From positions 2,432,001-2,496,000 of the forward strand of contig OY762964.1 in NCBI GenBank assembly GCA_963667035.1: a stretch of 64,000 bases of DNA. The letters are read 5' to 3'. The notes beneath the pieces are model-generated. The model was given only the letters and a program-made list of their open reading frames with translations. It did not search any database and was not told the DNA's origin. Below, piece after piece: positions 19,803 through 29,400 of this stretch (the first letter of the stretch is position 1; each line of letters starts with the position of its first letter). The position numbers and the translations under genes are program-made. Source of the stretch: Candidatus Cloacimonadales bacterium. Lineage in GTDB: Bacteria > Cloacimonadota > Cloacimonadia > Cloacimonadales > JAFGVF01.

Positions 19803-20459
19803 TTAACTCATATTAATAATCTCAATTATTTCATCCGCTTTATCTATTATCCAATCCGCTCCGGCTTCCTCTAACTCACTTACGGTTCTAAAACCCCAGC
19901 TTACACCTATACTCTTCATACCAATATTATGTCCTGTATAAATATCTATATCAGAATCTCCGACAAACAGATAATCAGCAGGATTATATTTTAAAGCTTT
20001 CATTAAATATGCTGCAGATTCTTTCTCAGGTTTTGCCGGTAACTCAGGGACATTGCCTTGAGCATAAAAGAATTTAATCTCGGGGAAAAAATGTTTGAGC
20101 ATCGGTTCAATAAAGTATTCAGGTTTGTTCGATAAAACTCCTAACTCAATCTTCATTTCTTGTAACAGAGCAAGAGTTTTCTTAATCCCTTCATAAGGAA
20201 TTGTCTCGTCATGCCAGTGGTTACTGTAATCTTCTCTGAATAGTTCTATATATCTTCTAACATTACTGTCATATCTTCCTTCAGAAGGTAATGCTGCTTC
20301 ACATAGATGATAGATACCGGATCCAACAAATTTGTGATATTCCTCAAGTGAATGAATAGGATATCCGTCTTTCTCAAGTATCCGGTTTATTGACCCTCTA
20401 ATATCTCTAAGAGTATCTAAAAGAGTTCCATCAAGATCAAAAACTATTCCTTTATACAT
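19803..20459 (-). CDS. HAD-family hydrolase (phosphoglycolate phosphatase-like)
   Basis: FDLDGTLLDT, SNK, KP, VGDSDID, GVSWGFR. Confidence 0.9.
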   Translation of the reverse strand: MYKGIVFDLDGTLLDTLRDIRGSINRILEKDGYPIHSLEEYHKFVGSGIYHLCEAALPSEGRYDSNVRRYIELFREDYSNHWHDETIPYEGIKKTLALLQEMKIELGVLSNKPEYFIEPMLKHFFPEIKFFYAQGNVPELPAKPEKESAAYLMKALKYNPADYLFVGDSDIDIYTGHNIGMKSIGVSWGFRTVSELEEAGADWIIDKADEIIEIINMS

Positions 20460-20636
20460 ATTTTCACCTCTTAATCAAAGAAATGATGTTACTAAGTTCA
20501 AGTCAAATAAATAGATTGTTAATTAACATCAAACTAACAGAACTCTCTCTACTAACAAAGAGTTAACTCAAAGCTTATCAAGAAATAACTAATAACTCGT
20601 AATTATATAGTAAAAAAGCTATATCAAGGAGTAAAA

Positions 20637-23003
20637 ATGCAAAGAGCAGACCTTCATTGTCATTCTTTGTATTCCGAACATCCATCGGAATGGTTCCTTC
20701 AAAGATTAGGAGCTAAAGAGTCTTATACCGATCCATTATTCGTCTATAAAAGATGCAAGGAAATGGGAATGGATTATGTCACCTTAACAGATCATAATAA
20801 AATAGATGGAGCTCTTCTGCTAAAAGAAAAGTATCCGGAAGATGTTTTCATAAGCGTTGAAGCAACTGCTTACTTCCCAGAAGACGGTTGCAAGGTGCAC
20901 ATACTGCTGTTTGATATTACGGAAGAGCAGTTTGAGCATATCAATATATTGAGAGAAGACATTTATCAGTTAAGAGAATTTATTGTTTCTCAGAATATTG
21001 CATATTCGGTTGCTCATGCATCATATTCAGTTAATGGAAAGCTTACTGTTGAACACCTGGAAAAGCTTATTCTCCTATTTGACGTATTTGAAGAAGTGAA
21101 TGGCGGTAGAAACGAGGCTAACAATCTTGGATGGACAAGTATAATAAAAGCTCTTACTCCAACTCATATTGAACAGTTAATGAATAAGCATGATATAAAA
21201 CCGTTAAGTAACAATTCTTGGATTAAAGGATTTACAGGAGGCTCAGATGACCATGCCGGGATATTTAACGGAAGATCATACACCGAGTCCGATTCCAACA
21301 GTCTGGAAAGCTTTATAGATAATATCAGAAACAGGAGAAGTGTTGGATTAGGTAGACATAATAATTATCACTCCCTTGCCTTCACAGTATATAAGATAGC
21401 CTATGATTATACTGTTCATGGCAATAAAATGCATACTAATTCTTTATTTAGTACATTTACTGAGACGATTTTCCAATCAAAAAAGCAAAGTTGGCAAGAC
21501 AAAGTTAAGACAAAAACCTTTAAGACATTTAGTGAAAAGCGTGGTGACAGGATTAAATTCCTCTTTGGTGAATTAGTTGAAACTCTTCAGGAAAATCCGG
21601 AAATGGATATAGATTTTAAGCTCGATTTAGTATATGATAAAGTTGACGAGATTTGTGATGAGTACTTCAAAATTTTCCTTCGCTCTCTTGAGGAAGATAT
21701 AGCACACTTCAATATTGTAGATTTGATTCGTAATCTCTCCAGTGCAATACCGGGAATCTTCCTTATGGCTCCATTCTTCAGTTCCTTTTTACATATGCAT
21801 AAAACGTTGAATCTCTTAAATGAGCTAAAGCGTAGAATGCTAATAAGAGAAGGTTCCCGTTTAAAGAAAGTCCTTTGGTTCAGTGATACAGTTAATGATC
21901 TGAATGGTGTATCTATGACGATTAAGAAGATGGGACGTGAAATGTCTGAAAGAGGTTTCAATGTTAAGATTTTCTCTTCTTTGCATGATGAAGAATTATC
22001 TAACGAGCTTCCGGTAAACTATGTAAACCTTCCCTCAACATATGACTTTAAGTTACCTTTCTATGAGTGTCAAAAAGTCAAAATTCCATCGTTACTCAGA
22101 GCATTAAAGATAATCAATAAAGAACGCCCTGACGAGATAATCATCTCAAGTCCGGGACCTTTAGGATTGTTAGGTTTATATGTAGGTAAGATGATGCAGA
22201 TTAGAACAAAAGCTATATATCACACCGATTTTGCCCAAGAAGCATACCATATCATAGGTGATGATAATGCTTCAAAAATCATTAATGCTTATGAGCAATG
22301 GTTCTTTAATCAAGCGGATGTTGTAAGTGTCCCAACTCAAGAGTATATTAACATTCTGGAGACCAGAGGTGTTGACCCCGGAAAGATGGTTATATTTAGA
22401 AGAGGTATAGAAGGCAGTATTTTCCGTCCTTATAAAGATAGAGAAATTGATAAAGAGCTAATCTTTAAGAAGAAAGGTCAGTTTACTCTATTTTATGCAG
22501 GAAGAGTATCTAAAGATAAGAGTCTGAATATACTCTCGGAAGCGGTTAAGTTTCTAGTTTCTGAAGGTTTAGAAATTAAGCTTGTTGTTGCAGGTAACGG
22601 TCCATATACAGATGAAATGAAGCGAGAATTAGAAAATGTTCCTAATGTTATTTTTACAGGTGCTATTCCAAGACAAGAACTGGCTAAGTATTACAACTTA
22701 GCAGATTTCTTTGTTTTCCCTAGTGTTACAGATACATTTGGTATGGTTATATTGGAAAGTCTGGCATGTGGATGTCCCGCAATTGTTTCAAACATCGGTG
22801 GACCTAAGGAGATGATAGAACCAAGTATCAATGGATTCATTGTTCCAAATCAAAACATCACTACTTGGATTAATTCCATAAGAGATGCTTATCAAATGTA
22901 CCATAATGATAAAGAAAAGTATAATAATCTTAGAAAAGAAGCTGTTAAATCAGTTGAAGGTAATCTTGATTGGGATTTCGTAATAGATAGTTTAATAGGT
23001 TAG
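20637..23003 (+). CDS. PHP-like metallophosphoesterase domain fused to a GT4 glycosyltransferase
   Basis: DLHCHS, TLTDHN, GGSDDH; C-terminal NGVS, YHTDF, YAGRVSKDK, FPSVTDTFGMVILES. Confidence 0.88.
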   Translation: MQRADLHCHSLYSEHPSEWFLQRLGAKESYTDPLFVYKRCKEMGMDYVTLTDHNKIDGALLLKEKYPEDVFISVEATAYFPEDGCKVHILLFDITEEQFEHINILREDIYQLREFIVSQNIAYSVAHASYSVNGKLTVEHLEKLILLFDVFEEVNGGRNEANNLGWTSIIKALTPTHIEQLMNKHDIKPLSNNSWIKGFTGGSDDHAGIFNGRSYTESDSNSLESFIDNIRNRRSVGLGRHNNYHSLAFTVYKIAYDYTVHGNKMHTNSLFSTFTETIFQSKKQSWQDKVKTKTFKTFSEKRGDRIKFLFGELVETLQENPEMDIDFKLDLVYDKVDEICDEYFKIFLRSLEEDIAHFNIVDLIRNLSSAIPGIFLMAPFFSSFLHMHKTLNLLNELKRRMLIREGSRLKKVLWFSDTVNDLNGVSMTIKKMGREMSERGFNVKIFSSLHDEELSNELPVNYVNLPSTYDFKLPFYECQKVKIPSLLRALKIINKERPDEIIISSPGPLGLLGLYVGKMMQIRTKAIYHTDFAQEAYHIIGDDNASKIINAYEQWFFNQADVVSVPTQEYINILETRGVDPGKMVIFRRGIEGSIFRPYKDREIDKELIFKKKGQFTLFYAGRVSKDKSLNILSEAVKFLVSEGLEIKLVVAGNGPYTDEMKRELENVPNVIFTGAIPRQELAKYYNLADFFVFPSVTDTFGMVILESLACGCPAIVSNIGGPKEMIEPSINGFIVPNQNITTWINSIRDAYQMYHNDKEKYNNLRKEAVKSVEGNLDWDFVIDSLIG

Positions 23004-23025
23004 TAAGCTCTAATAGATAAAGTTA

Positions 23026-23064
23026 AACCTCCGTCATAGTTTTCTCCCTTCTATGACGGAGGTT
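23026..23064. terminator. Perfect 14-bp hairpin after the PHP-GT4 gene (probable terminator or stability hairpin)
   Basis: AACCTCCGTCATAG-N11-CTATGACGGAGGTT between convergent genes. Confidence 0.6.
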
Positions 23065-23140
23065 GATGTCAACTCTTCCACCACTGAGTAATCTAACTAT
23101 AGGTATAGAATACCTCACCCGTGAATAACCAATAGCTTGC

Positions 23141-23195
23141 GTTGATTGTCCGTTGGTGGTCCATTGGAGGGGCATTGCATAGCCGTTGGTAGTTT
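23141..23195. repeat. 11-bp-phased degenerate tandem array
   Basis: GTTGATTGTCC/GTTGGTGGTCC/ATTGGAGGGGC/ATTGCATAGCC/GTTGGTAGTTT. Confidence 0.65.
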
Positions 23196-23278
23196 TTAGG
23201 CTTCTGATAGACATTTAGATAACCGGTTAATCCTTTGTTTCAATAAACAGTATATTGCCATTAAGAGTACTTTATTAG

Positions 23279-25603
23279 CTAATATCCTATTGCAAAAGGA
23301 ATCTGTTTCTTTATTGTTTCATCACCGTCATTGATCTCAATAAATAGCAAATACGAACCGGGAAACGCCATTTTACCACTTCTAATCCTACCATCCCACA
23401 TCAGCATATCGGTTCCGGAAATTAACTGATTACTCACGATTGTGTAAACATGCCTTCCTTCCAAGTCAAAGACTTTGCAAGATACATTAGCTTCTGATTT
23501 CTCTAATGTAAACACTATATCACATGATTCTCCTCTATAAGGAGAAAAAGGATTAGGTCGTATCACAACATTACTTGATTGAGGTATATATTCTCTGTAA
23601 ATAGAATTTAATTCACAAATTGTGTGCCCTAATTCCGAGATTGAGGCTCCCCAGTTGGTATTAACAGGACAGACGTCAGGATTGGATCTCTCTATAGACA
23701 CACCTTTTTCAGGCGAGATCGTAACATCATATATAAAACTTTCCTGAATACTAGAACACGACGAAACAACCGTAATTTTCTCGCCGGAGTTTAAAAGGGA
23801 AGGTAAGCCTTTATACATAACTGCATTATTAACATAATTGTTACTCAAAAAATCAATATCGACTTCAGTTCCAGTAATTATAGAGTATCCGTCAGAGTTA
23901 AAATTAATCGTTAAAGTATCTTCTGAGATAATCAATTCTGATGAAAAAGTTTCATTCACTTTGGAATATAGCTCAATCCATTCCGGTTCACCAACAACCG
24001 GATTAAACATTATCTCATTAACAACCACAGGAATTTTATCCTGAGCCCAGAAACAAGTCTTAACATCATTATTAAAACTATAGATTAAGTTATAGTATCC
24101 CTTCCTGACATTATCTGAACTAATCGTGATTGTAGAATTCTCAGTAATGGTAATAAATTTCGAGAATAATAGAAACTCTATATCCGTTTCAATATCTTTT
24201 CCAATGCATGTTATATCTCCTTCCATTACTTCTTCAATATTATGGAATGTTATTTTATGCTCCAAGGCATTTGACGATGATATTTCTATTCCCCAAACAA
24301 AGTCACTATTATTATGAAAGTTTTCCTGTCCGGGAGAATTAAAGTGTTCCGTCTCATAACAAATCATTTCATTAGATTGATTGTTTCTAAACATTGAGGT
24401 CCCTTGAATAACATGATTACCGGAATAAAAGACAGAATCTATCCTTGACCCTGACTTCAATATCAGGCAATCTCCATTATTATTCATCATAGGTAGACTA
24501 GATAACTGATAAATGCTCTCTTGTGGACAGTTAGGATAATCAGTTGTGATTTTAATGCTATCAGTACAAAGAACAATGTACTCCTGATTAATAATCGGTT
24601 TATCAATAGCACTAATATTTCCAACTTCATCTTCAATAGATATAAGGTTTGCCGGGACATAAATTCTATCCGGATTATGTAGTTCAATCCATTCTTGTTG
24701 ATTACTAGCTGGATAAGGAAGAATTTCATTAATATAAAGGGCATATGAGGCATTAATTATTTGAGTTACCCACAAGTTATCCACATTATTTATTTCTTCA
24801 CTGTGGAAAAGTTCTAACTTCAATTCATAGTTATAGTCCTCATCATTATCCACGTAAATAACTGTATCTGTTTCAGTTAGGGCTTTTATTGAAGAAATTG
24901 AGGCTTTTGAATGATACACATTATCTTTAAAGATTTTAACGTAGCACTCTGAGTTATCCACATCCCATGTGGATTTGTTGAGAATAACTGTGAATATCTC
25001 AATTTTTCCTGGAATTATTGAGTACTCAACAGACTTAAAACTTAAGTCTATTTCTCTGAAGTTTCTATAGCCCGGAGTAGGGTTTTCGCACGCAAAAAAG
25101 TCATCGGAAATAATATCAGTATCTACTCCATTGGGAATTCTTGCCAGAGAGTAACCTTGGGTTGGGTCGGGAGCAAAAGAATGTCCAATTGTATTAAGGT
25201 CGTCGGGAAGTTCATTATCATTTCTTAATCCATATAAAATCGTATCCGTGTAGCTACTATCAGGAGAAACAAGACATACACCGTCAACTATTGGACTTGC
25301 ATTCTGAAGACTCAATTCCGCTCTTAAATGAGCATGCTCAACTTTAGATTCTGCAATAATTATGAAGCGTCCCGGACGTATTATTATAGATGGGAATTCG
25401 TAATCCTCTTGAAAGGAAGCACCCCCTGTATAGATTTTCCAACCAATCAAGTTAATCTCAGAAGCACCATTATTGAACAGTTCAATCCACTCATATCCAT
25501 CATCTGCACCTATCGGGTCATAGCATACTTCATTAATGACAATCTCTGCACAAACTGTATGTATAGTAACAAAGATAAGAAGTGTAAGTAAAAACTTAAT
25601 CAT
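23279..25603 (-). CDS. Secreted lamin-tail-domain (LTD) protein with a C-terminal sorting-like domain
   Basis: Signal peptide; three (I/V)NE...EWIEL LTD repeats; C-terminal PNPFSP...VFDLEGRHV...WDGR...GSY. Confidence 0.8.
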   Translation of the reverse strand: MIKFLLTLLIFVTIHTVCAEIVINEVCYDPIGADDGYEWIELFNNGASEINLIGWKIYTGGASFQEDYEFPSIIIRPGRFIIIAESKVEHAHLRAELSLQNASPIVDGVCLVSPDSSYTDTILYGLRNDNELPDDLNTIGHSFAPDPTQGYSLARIPNGVDTDIISDDFFACENPTPGYRNFREIDLSFKSVEYSIIPGKIEIFTVILNKSTWDVDNSECYVKIFKDNVYHSKASISSIKALTETDTVIYVDNDEDYNYELKLELFHSEEINNVDNLWVTQIINASYALYINEILPYPASNQQEWIELHNPDRIYVPANLISIEDEVGNISAIDKPIINQEYIVLCTDSIKITTDYPNCPQESIYQLSSLPMMNNNGDCLILKSGSRIDSVFYSGNHVIQGTSMFRNNQSNEMICYETEHFNSPGQENFHNNSDFVWGIEISSSNALEHKITFHNIEEVMEGDITCIGKDIETDIEFLLFSKFITITENSTITISSDNVRKGYYNLIYSFNNDVKTCFWAQDKIPVVVNEIMFNPVVGEPEWIELYSKVNETFSSELIISEDTLTINFNSDGYSIITGTEVDIDFLSNNYVNNAVMYKGLPSLLNSGEKITVVSSCSSIQESFIYDVTISPEKGVSIERSNPDVCPVNTNWGASISELGHTICELNSIYREYIPQSSNVVIRPNPFSPYRGESCDIVFTLEKSEANVSCKVFDLEGRHVYTIVSNQLISGTDMLMWDGRIRSGKMAFPGSYLLFIEINDGDETIKKQIPFAIGY

Positions 25604-25701
25604 AGATTTCCTTTACACACGCAAGAATCAATTTTACATAGAATAAGGTTATAAAATGTTATAATATATAATAAAATGTCAAAGAAAATTAAGGAGATAC
25701 T

Positions 25702-26355
25702 ATGAAGAATATTGGTGTATTATTGTCAGGATGCGGTAACAAAGACGGTTCAGAGATTTATGAAGCAACTTTTACAGTCTTAGCTCTTTCTCAGAACAAT
25801 GTGAATATTACGTTCATTGCACCGGATAGAAAACAGTATGATGTAGTGAATTATCTTGATAATGAGAAGTTAAATGAGAGCAGAAACATACTTCTTGAAT
25901 CTGCCAGAATAGCCAGAGGAAATATAGTTTCACTAAATGAACTCGATATTGATTCACTTGATGGTCTAATCATTCCCGGTGGATTTGGTGTTGCAAAGAA
26001 CTATTCAGATTATGTTGTTAATGGCATAAAGGGTTCATTAACCTCAGATATATCTACCTTACTTAGCTCAATATATGAAGCAGAGAAGCCTATCGGTGCT
26101 ATATGTATATCACCTGTTTTATTAATGCTAAAGTTTAAAGATACAGGTTTAAAACTAACAACAGGACTAGATAGTAGCTGGATGAAACAAGGAAAAGATA
26201 TGGGGATAGAAGTTCATCTTAAAAATTCAAGGGATATTGTTATAGATGAGAAAATGAAGATAGTAACAACACCTGCTTTTATGAACGATGCCTCATTTGC
26301 CGATGTTAATGAGGGTATTAGCAAGCTTGTTATGCAAGTTCTCGACTGGTGTTAA
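25702..26355 (+). CDS. elbB: ElbB/ES1-type glyoxalase (DJ-1/PfpI superfamily)
   Basis: LSGCGNKDGSEIYE, ESARIARG, PGGFGVAKN, ICISP, TTPAFM. Confidence 0.9.
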   Translation: MKNIGVLLSGCGNKDGSEIYEATFTVLALSQNNVNITFIAPDRKQYDVVNYLDNEKLNESRNILLESARIARGNIVSLNELDIDSLDGLIIPGGFGVAKNYSDYVVNGIKGSLTSDISTLLSSIYEAEKPIGAICISPVLLMLKFKDTGLKLTTGLDSSWMKQGKDMGIEVHLKNSRDIVIDEKMKIVTTPAFMNDASFADVNEGISKLVMQVLDWC

Positions 26356-26371
26356 AACTTAAGTAATAGTA

Positions 26372-26396
26372 AAAGGCCCTGATTAACAGGGCCTTT
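26372..26396. terminator. Bidirectional terminator
   Basis: AAAGGCCCTG-N5-CAGGGCCTTT between convergent genes. Confidence 0.75.
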
Positions 26397-26417
26397 ATTA
26401 TATTAGATATTAATGAA

Positions 26418-29400
26418 TTACTTCATTAACATCATTTTCTTAGTTTGAGTGTAACTACCGGCATTCATCTTATAGAAGTAAACACCACTTGATACAGTCT
26501 TACCATTATTGTCGTCACCTTCCCATGTTACAACATGGCTACCTGCTTCAACTTTATCATTAACAAGTGATCTAACTTTCTGACCACGGATGTTATAGAT
26601 ATCGATTGTTACAGGACCAGTTTTCTTAACAGAATAGCTGATAGTTGTAGTTGGGTTAAATGGGTTTGGATAGTTTCCATTAAGAACTGTAGCTACAGGT
26701 GTAGTTATATTTTCATCTGTTGGATTAGGACTATCAATATAGAAATCATCAACAAAGAAAGCGAAAGCATCTGCAGATACACAGTTAATAGCAATATGAA
26801 TATCCTGACCGGCATACTCGTTTAATGAGAAACTAAATTCAGTCCAATCTAGTGGAGCTTGAAGATAGCTTGTTCCATTTAACCATGTGAAATCATCAAT
26901 ATCTGTTCCGGTTGTAGATACACCAACATTAAATCTTTCCAGACCCCATTGGTCTGTATGTGATTTAGCTTGGAATACTACACTTCCACCGTCATAAATA
27001 TGAATAGACGGAGTGATAAGATAATCGTCATTTACCGGAGAGCCACCTTCTAGTGCAGCATCAAAACAAGCAGCTACTTTATCTCCTTCGTAAGGAACTA
27101 AGCTAGTAACTGCCGGAGATGTATTTGCAGGATTAAATATTATATATGATCCGGTATAGTAGGCATTTTCAAATGTTACATTTTGAATACCATAAGTTGA
27201 TAAACCATCATTATCAATCTGAGTCCATGGAGCAAAATCAAGAACGAAGTCATTATATGATTCGAAACCATCTTCGAATACAATAGATGACTGAGCCAAC
27301 TGGAAGTTAACTGTTGAGACCTGTGTTCCTGCAACTGCAACGTTATCTTGAGTTTGTGAAACAAATCCCTGAGCTGTACATGTTACAGTATATACACCCT
27401 GAAGTAATGGGAATATATAATAACCGGTATTATCTGTCATCATTGTTGTACCGTTAATAGTAACAGAAGCATTCTCGATTGGTTCGCTTGTAACTGCATT
27501 AGTTACGGTACCTTCAATATAACCTTCCATATCTTTGATAAGTTCATTTGAGAAAGCAGCAGGAGCTTCAACACCACCTGTATAAACAGCTTTAACAGCC
27601 CATTTGTAGAAACCGGCTGTAACTGTTGCCCAATCGTTATCTGCGAAGTTCTGATCCGTTACAACAGCACCAACTAATGTCCATTGTGTTGGGTCAGCTT
27701 CGTTTCCGGTATTTAAACGATATACATTATAACCGATGGCAGGACGATTTTCTCTTGTAGTTATTGTATTGTTTGTTGCAGCTTTAGCAAAGCTATAAGA
27801 TGTTTTCTCATTATTTGATCTTGCTACAACAGGTACTCTACGAGTAGAAATAGGACGTGAAGTTGTCCAACCAACATAAGCTTGGATATTCCAATTAGCA
27901 TCAATCTGGGCGTTTGACTCTGAATACAAGTCAGCCCATTCTCCAGCACCAGCCATCATAATCATGTCACCACCGGTTACGCGTGGTCCGGCATCTATTC
28001 CAGCAGGATTAACACCACCAGCATGTGTTATTTGATATCCTATATAGAGAGCTTGAGAAGCGTCTATAGTTACAACTTGAGACATTTGAACTTCATTCCA
28101 TTCCCCAATTGTCGGATTATCAATTGCTTCTGAGTAAACTTCAGTCAAACCATCATTACCAGTCCAAACCTTAAGAACATAAGAACCTTCAGAATTAGGC
28201 CAATATCTGATTCTACTTAAGAATTGACCATCATAATCTTGAAGTTCTGCTACTTCATATTTAACAGCTACGCTGAATGTTCCGCCAGTTGTCGCATTGA
28301 GTCCAACTGCATTGTCGTTTGTTCCACTATCTTTATGCATCCATTCAGGGTCGCCACCTGTACCGGGAGCTTCCCAAGTTAGGTTAACTGATGTTTGAGT
28401 ATCATTTACTGCTGCAACTACTGTATTTGCAGGAATCATTACTTCATTTAACTGAACAGTTTCATTAATATCACCATCAACAACGATGTCATTCAAACTA
28501 ACTGCCATAAAGCCGTCTAATGAAGCGGTTAAATCATAAGTGGAGAACCAAACCTCATCAAATGATGCAACACCTGTATCATCAGTAGTTACTGTATAAG
28601 TAGGATATTCACCATCAGGGTTCATATTCTGACTTGTAATAGTTACAGTTGCTCCAACCGGCACTGTACCAACGTTTGTAGTTACAGTAACAGTTAAGCT
28701 ACCAATTAATCCATTAATAAGCCAGTTAGAAATTGCAGGAGTAGAAATTACATCGTTTGTGTAGTTAGCTACAATAGCATATTCATATGTACCTGCTGGT
28801 AAAGTACTCCAGTCAGAGTCAGTATAAGTTGTATCAGTAACTGTTCCAAGCTCTGTCCAAAGATCAGTACTAGCTTCGTCACCAAAGTTGAGACGATAAA
28901 CTGTATAATCATTTAATGAACGAGTTATATTATTTGTTACATGCGCATACTGTGGTTCATAAGGATTTCTTGTATTTCTAGAACTAACAATTGAACTTGT
29001 AGCTTGTGATTTGCTAACATGAGTGAAATTGTTCTCATTGAAAGCAACTCTTGCCATTCCGTTACCAACTGAAACATTATCAATAAATGTTGTGAACCAA
29101 AGACCATTATTATTAGGGCCATCATAGAAGTTCCATGCTAATTGGATGCTTTGACCTGCATAAGCACTTAAATCTATAGCTACAGGAGCATCATAATGAT
29201 TATCTGCAGCAGGAAGATTTGTGGCATCCCAAAGAGTAGTCCAGTTTAAACCACCATCGGTAGTAACTTTTACAGTATAATGGTCAGCATTCTCTGAGCC
29301 ATAATGTCCATAGAAATCAAATGTTAAGTTAGATGCAGCCGGGCAATCGAATGCAGGAGTAATTAACCATTCATCCTGTTCACTTTCAGCCCATGTAACA

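Noticed and set aside
23023..23214. 63-aa ORF, or a known ncRNA (6S/SRP/tmRNA), in the convergent gap
   Set aside because: No SD or protein motif, the ORF runs through hairpins and repeats, and I recognised no hallmark ncRNA motifs; an Rfam search would be needed.
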